DNA of 32,000 bases from Desulfobulbus propionicus DSM 2032 (GTDB lineage: Bacteria; Desulfobacterota; Desulfobulbia; Desulfobulbales; Desulfobulbaceae): contig NC_014972.1 in the NCBI RefSeq assembly GCF_000186885.1, forward strand, positions 1,020,001-1,052,000, read 5' to 3'. The notes beneath the pieces are model-generated. The model was not told where the DNA came from and did no database searches. It saw nothing but the letters and a program-made list of their open reading frames with translations. Positions 11,291 through 24,515 of this stretch are shown here, piece after piece. Every line of letters begins with the position of its first letter. Positions within the stretch are counted from its first letter, which is position 1. The position numbers were made by a program, and so were the translations under genes.

Positions 11291-12259
11291 ATGAAACGAA
11301 TACTGTCGGGAATTCAACCCTCCGGAAAACTTCATATCGGCAACTATTTTGGCATGATGCATCCCATGGTCCGCCACATGGAGACCGCGGAGTTGTATGT
11401 GTTTATCGTTGACCTGCATGCCCTGACCTCGGTCCATGACCGCGACCGGCTGCGGCAGGGGACCCTGGAGGCGGCGGCCGATTTTCTCGCCCTCGGCCTT
11501 GACCCGGAGCGCTGCATCTTCTGGGTGCAGTCCGATGTGCCCGAGGTGTGCGAGCTGTCCTGGCTGTTGTCGGTCCTGACCCCCATGGGGTTGCTGGAGC
11601 GCTGTCACGCTTATAAGGACAAGGTGGCCAAGAACATCGCGGCCAGCCACGGGCTGTTTGCCTATCCGGTGCTGATGGCCGCCGACATCCTCCTGTACCA
11701 GGCCGAGGTGGTGCCGGTGGGCAAGGACCAGAAGCAGCATGTGGAGGTGGCGCGCGACATCGCCATCCGCTTCAACAACACCTTTGGCGAGACCTTTGTC
11801 ATTCCGGAACCGGAGATCGACGAGACCACGGCCATCGTCCCTGGCCTTGACGGCCAGAAGATGTCCAAATCCTACGACAACACCATCCCCATTTTTCTCG
11901 ACGAGAAGGCGCTGCGCAAACGAGTCATGGCCATTCAGACCGATGCCACCCCGGTGGAGGCGCCCAAGGACCCGAGCACGTGCAACCTCTACGCCCTGCT
12001 CAAACTCTTTGCCCCGGAAGACAAGATGCGGGAGGTGCATGATTTGTATATCAACGGCGGGGCAGCGTACGGCTATCTCAAACAGGATCTGTTTGAACTG
12101 ATCAACGACTATTTTGCTCCGGCCCGCGCCAGGAAGAAGGAGTTGCTCGATAACCCCGATTATCTGCGCCAGATTTTGGCCAAGGGAGCGGAAAAGGCTC
12201 GGGCCAAGGCGACCGTGACCCTGGAGCGGGTCCGCGATCGCATGGGACTGAAATATTGA
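11291..12259 (+). CDS. trpS: Tryptophan--tRNA ligase
   Basis: MKRILSGIQPSGKLHIGNYFG (HIGH-type motif), VGKDQKQH and KMSKS are all present. I start at ATG 11291 rather than the ORF-track 11255, because TrpRS proteins begin at this conserved segment. Confidence 0.95.
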   Translation: MKRILSGIQPSGKLHIGNYFGMMHPMVRHMETAELYVFIVDLHALTSVHDRDRLRQGTLEAAADFLALGLDPERCIFWVQSDVPEVCELSWLLSVLTPMGLLERCHAYKDKVAKNIAASHGLFAYPVLMAADILLYQAEVVPVGKDQKQHVEVARDIAIRFNNTFGETFVIPEPEIDETTAIVPGLDGQKMSKSYDNTIPIFLDEKALRKRVMAIQTDATPVEAPKDPSTCNLYALLKLFAPEDKMREVHDLYINGGAAYGYLKQDLFELINDYFAPARARKKELLDNPDYLRQILAKGAEKARAKATVTLERVRDRMGLKY

Positions 12260-12328
12260 TGCCTGAGGGGAGATTGGCGGGTGAGGCCGGCATTCAGTCG
12301 CTAGGCCGCTAGCGCTTCAATATCTCAA

Positions 12329-12359
12329 TAAAAAAGGCGGGGAACAACCCCGCCTTTTT
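12329..12359. terminator. Bidirectional intrinsic terminator between convergent trpS and the PPIase gene
   Basis: A7 - GGCGGGG - aacaa - CCCCGCC - T5. The A-run and T-run flank a perfect 7-bp GC stem, so it can act on both strands. Confidence 0.88.
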
Positions 12360-12383
12360 GTGTTCGGTGCCTAGCGCCAATAA

Positions 12384-13421
<1,038 letters not shown>

Positions 13422-13604
13422 GGAGGTCTCCGGCAGTATTTTGTTCGTTGATATCGACCGCGCCCTCCGCCATGGGGGGCCGCCGGTCGACGGAATTGCG
13501 GTTGCATACAAGGCCCCTCTGTGGTTGTCAATGAAAAAGGGTATGATGGATAGGCGCGCGTACCGGTTCTCCGTCAAATTTTTCCGTATCCCGGTCAATC
13601 ATGG

Positions 13605-13633
13605 TTGACGGAGAGGCGGTGCTTTTGTTAAAT
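13605..13633 (+). promoter_or_regulatory. Sigma70-type promoter candidate for waaA
   Basis: TTGACG (13605..13610), 17 nt, TTAAAT (13628..13633). Confidence 0.4.
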
Positions 13634-13676
13634 AAACAAATTTTTGTGTCGTGCGGTTCAATCTCTCGGGAGCCTC

Positions 13677-15002
13677 TTGAAAACACTGCTGTACCTGCTC
13701 TACAGTGCACTGGGACATGGCTTGTATGCAATCCTCGTGCTGGCGTTGCCGCTGACACGATTCGTCGGCGGCAGGTACGGCTATGAAGCGGACCAGCGGC
13801 TGGGGCGCTATCCCGGCAGGGTCGCCGTCCGGCGTTCCGGCTTTTTAACCCTCTGGATTCATGCTTCCTCGGTGGGCGAGACGCAGGCGGCACTCATTCT
13901 CATCGATGCCCTGCGCGCTTCCGGTGAATCCTTCCGTTTTATTCTCACGTCCACCACCGAGCAGGGGCACAGGATGGCCCGCACCCGCCTGGCGGACACC
14001 GCTATCTGTCTGATGGCACCCCTTGATGTTCGGCCGGCCGTGCGTCGGGCGATCCGGTCCCTTCGGCCGGATCTGTATATCGGCCTGGAAACGGAGTTGT
14101 GGCCGATGCTGCTCGCGCAACTCGGCAACGCCCATGTTCCCCTGCTGCTGCTCAATGGCCGGCTTTCCGAGCGCTCCCACGGCCGCTACCTGCGGGTTCG
14201 CTCGTTCATGCGGACCTTTCTGGCCAAGTTCGAGGAGGTTGCGGTGATCACCGAGGCCGACGGGCGTCGGTTTGCCGACTTGGGCGTCCCTGTTAACCGC
14301 ATCCAGGTCTGCGGCAATCTGAAGTACGACATGCCAGCCGAGCAGACCGAGCAGACCCGGGTGGCCCAGCGTCGGCGATTGGGCGTGACGGACCAGAAGA
14401 TCTTTGTCTGCGGCTCGACCCATGAGGGCGAGGAAGAATTGCTGTTGCCGGTATTCCGCCAACTCGCCGCCACCTTTGCCGTGATTTGGGTGGTGGCCCC
14501 CCGTCATCTTGAGCGTCTCCCCGCGGTCGAATCCTTTTTTCGCCGCGCTGGCCTCGCTGTGGACCGGTATTCCGAACTGGCCCGCAAAGGGCGAACCGCC
14601 CCCGTGGTGCTGGTGGATACCATGGGCGATTTGGCCGATCTGTACTGCGGCGGCGATTACCTGTTCTGCGGCGGCAGCCTGGTGAACCGGGGCGGCCACA
14701 ATATCATGGAAGCGGCCCGTTGGGGGCGTCCGGTCTGCTTTGGGCCGTCGATGAAGGATTTTCGCGATGCCGCCGATTTGCTGCGGACTGGGGGCGGTGG
14801 CTTCGAGGTGGCTGACGCCGCTGAACTGACCGTCTTGCTGCTTCACCACCACGCCCATCCCGAAGCTTATCTCGCGGCGTGTGCGCGCGCGGCTGATATC
14901 GCTGCCAGCCAGCGGGGCGCGGTGGCCCGTCAGGTGGCCATCGTTCGCCGGCACCTCGATCGGCGGCGGAAATCGACCCCTCCGGGCGAATTTCGCGCCT
15001 GA
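13677..15002 (+). CDS. waaA: 3-deoxy-D-manno-octulosonic acid (Kdo) transferase
   Basis: WIHASSVGETQAA and GLETELWPMLL match the WaaA SVSVGE and ETELWP motifs. LLLNGRLSERS and GNLKYD are also present. The preferred start is TTG 13677, with a GGGAG Shine-Dalgarno 4 nt upstream and the N-terminus MKTLLYLLY resembling E. coli MLELLYTALLY. The ORF-track alternative is GTG 13644. Confidence 0.9.
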   Translation: MKTLLYLLYSALGHGLYAILVLALPLTRFVGGRYGYEADQRLGRYPGRVAVRRSGFLTLWIHASSVGETQAALILIDALRASGESFRFILTSTTEQGHRMARTRLADTAICLMAPLDVRPAVRRAIRSLRPDLYIGLETELWPMLLAQLGNAHVPLLLLNGRLSERSHGRYLRVRSFMRTFLAKFEEVAVITEADGRRFADLGVPVNRIQVCGNLKYDMPAEQTEQTRVAQRRRLGVTDQKIFVCGSTHEGEEELLLPVFRQLAATFAVIWVVAPRHLERLPAVESFFRRAGLAVDRYSELARKGRTAPVVLVDTMGDLADLYCGGDYLFCGGSLVNRGGHNIMEAARWGRPVCFGPSMKDFRDAADLLRTGGGGFEVADAAELTVLLLHHHAHPEAYLAACARAADIAASQRGAVARQVAIVRRHLDRRRKSTPPGEFRA

Positions 15003-15123
15003 ACGGCATGACGGCATAACAGGACATGCTTATCATACCATACACATACGGTCAGAAAGCGCCAGCTCTTCGGGGCGTCCGCCTTCATGAGTGGCCGGAA
15101 CTTCGTTCTTTTTTAGGGATATT

Positions 15124-16236
15124 ATGAAAGCGTTAATCGGACTTGAAGACGGCACGGTCATGACCGCGCGATCCTTTACCGGACCAGGCGAGGCGGTGGG
15201 GGAAATAGTGTTCAACACCAGCATGAGCGGTTATCAGGAGGTGCTCACCGACCCCTCCTATACCGGGCAGTTGGTGACCATGACCTATCCGCTGATCGGC
15301 AATTATGGCGTGAACAATGAAGATATGGAGTCAGCCGGCGTGCATCCGCGGGCCTTTCTCATCCGTGAGTATCAGGACTGGCCCAGCAACTACCGGGCCA
15401 CCGGCAATCTGGCTGATTTTCTCAAACAATACGGAGTGCTGGGCGTCGAGGGACTGGATACCCGGATGCTGACCCGCAAGATTCGCACCACCGGCGCGAT
15501 GAAGGCCCTGATCACCACCACGGATATGGACCCTGCGTCGGTTGTCCGCCGCGCCCGGAACTGGGCGGGGCTGGTCGGCCGCGATATGGTGGAGCGGGTT
15601 GCCTGCGCCGCGAGCTACCGCTGGGAAGGGGAGGGGCCGGTGACGGGAAGCGGTTTTCCCCAAGGCCCGGGCCGTTTCAAGGTTATTGCCTATGATTTCG
15701 GCATCAAATACAATCAGCTCCGTCTGCTGACCCGCAAGGGGTGCCGGGTTTTGGTGGTTCCGGCCACCACCTCGGCGGAGGAAGTCCTGGCCCTGCGGCC
15801 GGATGGAGTGTTTCTCTCCAACGGCCCCGGCGATCCGGCCGGCGTGCGCGGCGTGGTTGGCAATGTAGGCAAACTGCTCGGCAAGGTGCCGATCTTCGGT
15901 ATCTGTCTCGGCCACCAGATGCTGGGCCTGGCCTATGGCGGCACCACCTATAAACTCAAGTTCGGCCACCGGGGCGGCAACCAGCCGGTCAAGGATCTGC
16001 TCACCGGCAAGGTGGAGATCACCTCGCAGAACCATGGCTTTTGTGTCGATCCCAAGAGTCTGCCATCGTCGGTCGAGGTGACCCACATCAACCTCAACGA
16101 CGGCAGCCTGGAAGGCATGCGCCACCGCGAGTGGCCGGCCTTTTCGGTGCAGTACCACCCCGAATACGCCCCCGGCCCCCACGATGCCGAATACCTCTTT
16201 GACCGGTTCATTCAACTGATGGAGCAGGCGAGCTGA
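15124..16236 (+). CDS. carA: Carbamoyl-phosphate synthase, small (glutamine amidotransferase) subunit
   Basis: [18 protein letters not shown]...[28 protein letters not shown], and a GATase domain with catalytic GICLGHQ and HGFCVD. It lies directly upstream of carB. Confidence 0.96.
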   Translation: MKALIGLEDGTVMTARSFTGPGEAVGEIVFNTSMSGYQEVLTDPSYTGQLVTMTYPLIGNYGVNNEDMESAGVHPRAFLIREYQDWPSNYRATGNLADFLKQYGVLGVEGLDTRMLTRKIRTTGAMKALITTTDMDPASVVRRARNWAGLVGRDMVERVACAASYRWEGEGPVTGSGFPQGPGRFKVIAYDFGIKYNQLRLLTRKGCRVLVVPATTSAEEVLALRPDGVFLSNGPGDPAGVRGVVGNVGKLLGKVPIFGICLGHQMLGLAYGGTTYKLKFGHRGGNQPVKDLLTGKVEITSQNHGFCVDPKSLPSSVEVTHINLNDGSLEGMRHREWPAFSVQYHPEYAPGPHDAEYLFDRFIQLMEQAS

Positions 16237-16262
16237 GCGCTCGGCGGTAAAGGAAGACAACC

Positions 16263-19487
<3,225 letters not shown>

Positions 19488-19584
19488 AGGCGAATCAATG
19501 TTAAAGTAAGGTATCCGGTTGAAAAATAGGGAGAAGTGGCCACAGGGGCCGACCGTCCTTTTGACGATGTATTTGTGGAGATAA

Positions 19585-21423
19585 TTGTTGAATACCTTTT
19601 ATAAAAATCTCAGTATGTGGCTGGTCATCGGATTGACCATGATCCTGCTGTTCCAGCTGTTCAATAAGCCGCAGGGCCAGAGCAATTCCATCACCTACAG
19701 CGAATTCTGGTCCAACGTGGAAAGCGGCGCCATCAGCAAGGTCAGTATCCAGGGCGAGGAGATCACCGGCATCGGCCAGGATGGACGGCCCTTCAAGACC
19801 GTGGCGCCCAACGATACCGGCCTGATTCCCATGCTGCGTGATTCGGATGTGGATATCTCGGTCAAGAAGCCCGAGGAAACTCCCTGGTATCTGACCATTT
19901 TTATTTCCTGGTTTCCGATGCTGCTGCTGATCGGCGTGTGGATCTTTTTCATGCGCCAGATGCAGATGGGCGGCAAGGGCGGGGCGCTGTCCTTCGGCAA
20001 GACCCGCGCCAAGCTCCAGGGCGAGGGCGAGGTCAAGGTAACCTTCAAGGATGTGGCCGGCATTGACGAAGCTAAGGCGGAACTGGAAGAGATTATTGAT
20101 TTTCTCCGCGATCCGCAGAAGTTCACCAAGCTCGGTGGCCGCATTCCCAAGGGCGTGCTGTTGGCCGGCTCGCCCGGTACCGGCAAGACGTTGCTCGCCC
20201 GGGCCATTGCCGGTGAGGCCGGGGTGCCCTTTTTCACTATCTCGGGCTCGGATTTTGTCGAGATGTTCGTCGGTGTCGGTGCCTCCCGGGTGCGCGATCT
20301 GTTCAGCCAAGGCAAGAAAAACGCGCCTTGCATCATCTTCATCGACGAGATCGACGCGGTCGGTCGCCATCGTGGCGCCGGTCTGGGCGGCGGTCACGAC
20401 GAGCGCGAGCAGACCCTCAACCAGCTGCTGGTGGAGATGGACGGATTCGAGGGCAACGATGGGGTGATTATCATCGCCGCCACCAACCGGCCCGATGTGC
20501 TCGATCCTGCCCTGCTTCGCCCCGGCCGCTTCGATCGCCAGGTGGTGGTGCCGGTGCCGGACGTCAAGGGTCGGGAGAAGATCCTCGAAATTTATGGCAA
20601 GAAAACCAAGCTGGCCGCCGATGTCGACATGGCGGTCATTGCCCGTGGGACCCCTGGTTTTTCCGGCGCTGATCTGGAAAATCTGATCAACGAGGCGGCC
20701 TTGATGGCGGCGCGTGAGGGCAAGGAAGAGGTTGATGCCGCCCAGTTGGAACGGGCCAAGGACAAGGTGATGATGGGGGCGGAACGCAAGTCCATGATCA
20801 TCAGCCCGCGTGAGAAGGAAATCACCGCCTACCACGAGGCCGGACACGCCCTGGTGGCCCGGCTCCTGCCCGGCACCGATCCCATCCACAAGGTGACCAT
20901 CATCCCGCGTGGCCGGGCCTTGGGTTTGACCATGCAGCTGCCCATGGATGAAAAATATACCCATGCGCGCGGTTATCTGCTCAATTCGATCGCCATTCTC
21001 TTTGGCGGTCGGGTGGCGGAGAAGCTGGTGTTTGACGAGATCACCACCGGTGCGGGCAACGACATCGAACGGGCCAGCGAGTTGGCGCGCAAGATGGTCT
21101 GCGAATGGGGCATGAGCGACGAACTCGGGCCGCTGGCCTACGGCAAGAAGGAAGAACACATCTTCCTTGGCCGCGAGATCGCCCAGCATCGTGATTACAG
21201 CGAGCAGACCGCGCAGAAGATCGATGCGGCGGTCAAGCAGATCATTGTCGAGGCCAACGACAAGGTGACCCGCTTGCTCGACGAGAATCGGGACATCCTC
21301 AAGGCCATTGCCGACGAGCTGTTGGAAAGGGAAACCATCATGCTCGAGGACATTGATCGGATCATCGACGAGTTACGTGGCGGTGCCGGGGCGGAGGAGG
21401 TCGAGGAAACGGTCGAGGCCTGA
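19585..21423 (+). CDS. ftsH: ATP-dependent zinc metalloprotease FtsH
   Basis: Two N-terminal TM segments, AAA Walker A GSPGTGKT, Walker B IIFIDEID and the zinc site HEAGHA. TTG start after GGAGA. Confidence 0.97.
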   Translation: MLNTFYKNLSMWLVIGLTMILLFQLFNKPQGQSNSITYSEFWSNVESGAISKVSIQGEEITGIGQDGRPFKTVAPNDTGLIPMLRDSDVDISVKKPEETPWYLTIFISWFPMLLLIGVWIFFMRQMQMGGKGGALSFGKTRAKLQGEGEVKVTFKDVAGIDEAKAELEEIIDFLRDPQKFTKLGGRIPKGVLLAGSPGTGKTLLARAIAGEAGVPFFTISGSDFVEMFVGVGASRVRDLFSQGKKNAPCIIFIDEIDAVGRHRGAGLGGGHDEREQTLNQLLVEMDGFEGNDGVIIIAATNRPDVLDPALLRPGRFDRQVVVPVPDVKGREKILEIYGKKTKLAADVDMAVIARGTPGFSGADLENLINEAALMAAREGKEEVDAAQLERAKDKVMMGAERKSMIISPREKEITAYHEAGHALVARLLPGTDPIHKVTIIPRGRALGLTMQLPMDEKYTHARGYLLNSIAILFGGRVAEKLVFDEITTGAGNDIERASELARKMVCEWGMSDELGPLAYGKKEEHIFLGREIAQHRDYSEQTAQKIDAAVKQIIVEANDKVTRLLDENRDILKAIADELLERETIMLEDIDRIIDELRGGAGAEEVEETVEA

Positions 21424-21513
21424 GATGTTGCAGGCCCAGAGGGGTGAAGCCGGCCCATCTCTGTCGGAGATATGGATTCGGTTTAGCTGAGGGGGCTGCG
21501 GACGACGCATGTT

Positions 21514-21585
21514 GTTCGCGGGCATGGCCCGCTCCCACGGACCTCACGCTCCGCAGCAGGGGGAGGAGCGGGCCATGCCCGCGAT
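21514..21585. repeat. Inverted pair of REP-like (repetitive extragenic palindrome) units forming a long hairpin
   Basis: TCGCGGGCATGGCCCGCTCC (21516..21535) is the exact reverse complement of GGAGCGGGCCATGCCCGCGA (21565..21584). Each arm is itself a small palindrome (GCGGGC-atg-GCCCGC). Read on the minus strand, the left unit is GTGGGAGCGGGCCATGCCCGCGAA. Confidence 0.7.
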
Positions 21586-21619
21586 ATGAAATTAACCGAG
21601 TAACGAATCAACACAATAT

Positions 21620-21655
21620 GGGTTGCCTTCGCAAGCAGAAGGCAACCCTTTTTTT
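21620..21655 (+). terminator. Rho-independent terminator between ftsH and folP
   Basis: GGGTTGCCTTC-gcaagca-GAAGGCAACCC followed by T7. It ends only 14 nt before the folP start. Confidence 0.88.
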
Positions 21656-21669
21656 ATGGAGAACAAGCA

Positions 21670-22473
21670 ATGACCCACCGCACCAAAATTATGGGGATTC
21701 TCAATGTCACCCCGGATTCCTTTTCCGACGGCGGCAAATGGATCAGCGAAAAAGCCTTGGATGAACGGATTGACCAGTTGATAGCCGAAGGTGCGGATAT
21801 CATCGATGTGGGGGGCGAATCCACCCGCCCCTTTGCCGAACCGGTGCGTGTGGACGAGGAGTTGGCGCGGGTGATTCCGGCGATCCGAAAAATAAGGCAG
21901 CGCAGCGACATTCCCATCTCCATCGACACCACCAAGGCAGCGGTGGCTAGGGCGGCCATCGATGCCGGGGCGACGATGATCAACGATATTTCCGCCCTGC
22001 GCCAGGATCCCGAAATGCTCGCGGTGGTCCGATCGTTTGATGGCCCGGTGGTGATCATGCACATGCAGGGCACACCGGGGGACATGCAGCGCAATCCGCA
22101 ATACAGCGACGTGGTCGCGGAAATTAACGACTTTTTCACCGAACGCATCTGCTGGTTGGACGCAAACGGCGTTGACCGCTCACGGATTATCGTCGACCCC
22201 GGTATCGGCTTTGGCAAGACCCTGGAGCATAATTTGACGATCCTGCGCAACATCCCAGCCTTCAAGGAGCACGGCTGCCCCGTGTTGATCGGTCATTCGC
22301 GTAAATCCTTCTTGGAGCAGGTGTTGGATATTCCAGTGGACGAACGCGACAGCCCGACCGCATTGGTATCTGTCTTTTGTGCTCAGCAGCAAGTTGATAT
22401 TCTTCGGGTGCATGATACGCGCAGTACTGTGCAGGCTCTCGTGTTGCATAACGTTTTGATTGATTTGCCGTAG
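21670..22473 (+). CDS. folP: Dihydropteroate synthase
   Basis: IMGILNVTPDSFSDGG, DIIDVGGESTRP, ISIDT, MINDIS and DPGIGFGKT are all canonical DHPS motifs. It sits in the conserved position after ftsH. Confidence 0.96.
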   Translation: MTHRTKIMGILNVTPDSFSDGGKWISEKALDERIDQLIAEGADIIDVGGESTRPFAEPVRVDEELARVIPAIRKIRQRSDIPISIDTTKAAVARAAIDAGATMINDISALRQDPEMLAVVRSFDGPVVIMHMQGTPGDMQRNPQYSDVVAEINDFFTERICWLDANGVDRSRIIVDPGIGFGKTLEHNLTILRNIPAFKEHGCPVLIGHSRKSFLEQVLDIPVDERDSPTALVSVFCAQQQVDILRVHDTRSTVQALVLHNVLIDLP

Positions 22474-22828
22474 TAAGGAGCCGATATACACACCTTAATC
22501 GGACCGGGAAGGTTTGCTTTTTTCAGAAATGCGGAAAAAAAAACGGAAATTTTATCTTTTTCTTTATGAATACAACACGTTATTGTGCAGATTCTAGAGT
22601 GCATTCATTGTCTGCGTCCCTGAAAGCCGCGTTTGTAAAAATACTTTAATTGCAACAAGTTGCAGCGAGTGAGCGGGTGATTTGTTAATTGTTTTTTTAA
22701 CCCTATCACAGATAAGGTAAAAGAGATACGGTACAAAATTTCGTTCGACTATATTTATTTTTAATTTCAAATCAGTTGGTTAGCTATGGTTGAGCGTGTA
22801 TGATTTTAGGGTTGTGATGTGTTGAATG

Positions 22829-22844
22829 TGGATCGATTTATGCA
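22829..22844 (+). promoter_or_regulatory. Candidate sigma54 (-24/-12) promoter upstream of the choice-of-anchor-L gene
   Basis: TGGATC-gattt-ATGCA compared with consensus TGGCAC-N5-TTGCA. The GG (22830-31) to GC (22842-43) spacing is canonical. It lies about 75 nt upstream of ATG 22918. The match is partial. Confidence 0.3.
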
Positions 22845-22917
22845 AATAAATTAAAAAACTGGAAAGGAAAAGAGCCCTGTCCAGGATACTAGCAAATCAA
22901 TGAGAGGGGAGGGTGTT

Positions 22918-23763
22918 ATGAAGAAACTGATATGCTTGGCAACATTGGGACTGTTAGGTGTCGCGGCGAACGCGCCAGCTATGACCATAACCGCCATGGA
23001 CAGTGCAGTTAATCTGGCCAACGCGTTGGGGGGGGCAGGCGTTACCATTTCCAATGTAACCTATACTGGTGCATTCGCCGCATCCGGTTATTTTACCGGG
23101 GGCGCGGCAGCTGGACTGGGCATTGACAAAGGTGTCGTTCTGACTAGTGGCCGTGCCAGCTATCTGAATGGAACGAGCAACACAAGCGATGCGATCACTG
23201 GTATTAACAATTTGGCAGGCGATGGAGATTTGAATGGACTGATTCCGGGATATTCCACCCACGATGCCACGGTACTCGAGTTTGACTTTGTCAGTGAAGG
23301 ATCAACAGCCTATTTTAACTATGCTTTTGGCTCAGAAGAGTATGACGAGTGGGTTGGCTCTGCATACAATGATGTTTTTGGTTTCTTTTTTGACGGGAAC
23401 AACAACATTGCCCTGATCCCTGGAACTTCTACCCCTGTTGCCATTAACAAGGTCAATGGAGGGTCGTATTCAACCTATTTCAATGCGAATGACCCGACAA
23501 ATGGCATTCCGACACCGTATGCCTTCGAATACGACGGATTCACCGATATGTTTACCGCTTCCATGACCGGACTGACTGCGGGCCAGACCTATCATATTAA
23601 ATTGGCCATCGCCGATGCGGGAGACTGGAGTCTTGACTCCGGTGTATTCCTCCAGGCAGGAAGTTTTTCCAAGGATCCTGTTCCGGAACCCGCTACCATG
23701 TTGCTCTTTGGTACCGGTCTTGCTGGCTTGGCCGCTGCTGGTCGGAGGCGAGTACAGAAATAA
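22918..23763 (+). CDS. Secreted choice-of-anchor-L domain protein with C-terminal PEP-CTERM sorting signal
   Basis: ATG 22918 follows GGGGAGGG. Signal peptide MKKLICLATLGLLGVAANA. Family-typical blocks are ISNVTYTG, GIDKGVVLTSG, GDGDLNGL, DATVLEFDF, YAFGSEEYDEWVGSAYNDVFGFFFDG, EYDGFTDMFTA and LAIADAGDWSLDSGVFLQAGSF. The tail VPEPATMLLFGTGLAGLAAAGRRR gives PEP, a TM helix and a basic cluster. Confidence 0.88.
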   Translation: MKKLICLATLGLLGVAANAPAMTITAMDSAVNLANALGGAGVTISNVTYTGAFAASGYFTGGAAAGLGIDKGVVLTSGRASYLNGTSNTSDAITGINNLAGDGDLNGLIPGYSTHDATVLEFDFVSEGSTAYFNYAFGSEEYDEWVGSAYNDVFGFFFDGNNNIALIPGTSTPVAINKVNGGSYSTYFNANDPTNGIPTPYAFEYDGFTDMFTASMTGLTAGQTYHIKLAIADAGDWSLDSGVFLQAGSFSKDPVPEPATMLLFGTGLAGLAAAGRRRVQK

Positions 23764-23795
23764 TTGATCTGATTTATTGGAAAAGTTGTTAAAAA

Positions 23796-23824
23796 GCCTG
23801 ACCGGATCCGGTCAGGCTTTTTTA
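23796..23824. terminator. Bidirectional intrinsic terminator
   Basis: A5 - GCCTGACCGGA/TCCGGTCAGGC (perfect 22-nt palindrome) - T7. It lies between the choice-of-anchor-L gene (+) and the 99-aa ORF (-). Confidence 0.88.
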
Positions 23825-24111
23825 TTACCGTACCGCATCAGTGCTTTTTCATGTGTCATGTCGCATGAAGCAGGGGATGGCCCCTGTTGGGTGAGTGCCA
23901 TTGATCGATAAAGAGAGATGGAGTGAGCCGTTTCCAGGATATCTTTCTGGCTGTATCCCCCTTTCAGGGGCCACAGTGAAAAACTGTATCCTTGACTATC
24001 AGGAATGCTGGAAACATAGATTTCCTTTTTTCCGGATTTTTTTCCGGAAAAAGTTAAAAACGACATAATTTCAATTTGTTCTTTAGGAAGATATGTGTCA
24101 TGGCGATGCAA
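23812..24111 (-). CDS. Hypothetical protein (orphan 99-aa ORF, no recognisable domain)
   Basis: The TTG start at 24111 has a GAGG Shine-Dalgarno 7 nt upstream (24122..24119), overlapping the stop of an upstream 45-codon ORF. The stop lies inside the bidirectional terminator stem. It is low-GC and contains an SGKKSGKK repeat encoded by an AT-rich palindrome. I recognise no family. Coding status is uncertain. Confidence 0.35.
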   Translation of the reverse strand: MHRHDTYLPKEQIEIMSFLTFSGKKSGKKEIYVSSIPDSQGYSFSLWPLKGGYSQKDILETAHSISLYRSMALTQQGPSPASCDMTHEKALMRYGNKKA

Positions 24112-24499
24112 TTTTTAACCTCATAGATTTATTCTCGTCACAGTGTTTGGCTTGTGCTTTCCTTGGCGCCTTTTTTCAATCTCTTCTGCTTGCGATCGCT
24201 TTCTCCCGTGAAGCCCTTGCTCGCTCAGCTTTTCACTGAAAAGAAGCTCCTGCCACATAGGGGCTTTTCAGTACAATGGAATGTGAAGGAGTTTGTCAGC
24301 GTGTATGTCCGGAAAAGTGAAAACATGATTTGGATGCGCGAAGGGACAAGACAAGGCGGAACGTTGGGTGTCGTAATGAAACCGATGGATGCCCATCTGT
24401 TTGATTGTTATATAACGTATTTAATTTAAAAGATAAAATAAATTCAAGCTTGGCCTGTGGTTAAGAGGGTGTAAAAAAAAGTGAAGTCTTCTGCAAATA

Positions 24500-24515
24500 A
24501 GGTGAATATTTTGCA
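24500..24515 (+). promoter_or_regulatory. Weak sigma54-like -24/-12 candidate upstream of the vWA gene
   Basis: AGGTGA-atatt-TTGCA. The -12 TTGCA is perfect and the GG-N10-GC spacing is correct, but only GG matches in the -24 box. It lies about 155 nt upstream of ATG 24669. Confidence 0.2.

Noticed and set aside
24025-24053. AT-rich palindrome TTTTTCCGGA-tttttt-TCCGGAAAAA as a terminator or repeat element
   Set aside because: The stem is weak, no T-run follows on the minus strand, and it lies inside the 99-codon ORF, where it encodes SGKKSGKK. It is noted only as a feature of that ORF.
24268-24270. In-frame TGA between the 42- and 45-codon minus-strand ORFs read as a selenocysteine codon
   Set aside because: The downstream sequence forms only a weak AT-rich imperfect stem (GAAAAGC...GCTTcTTTTC) with no convincing SECIS-like apical loop. 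The flanking peptide resembles no known selenoprotein family. A nonsense mutation or non-coding sequence is more parsimonious.
24154-24429. 91-aa + strand ORF in the island
   Set aside because: It has a GTG start without a Shine-Dalgarno and no recognisable domain or signal. It fully overlaps the equally long minus-strand frames. There is not enough evidence to call either strand coding. It is kept only as part of the orphan-unit finding.
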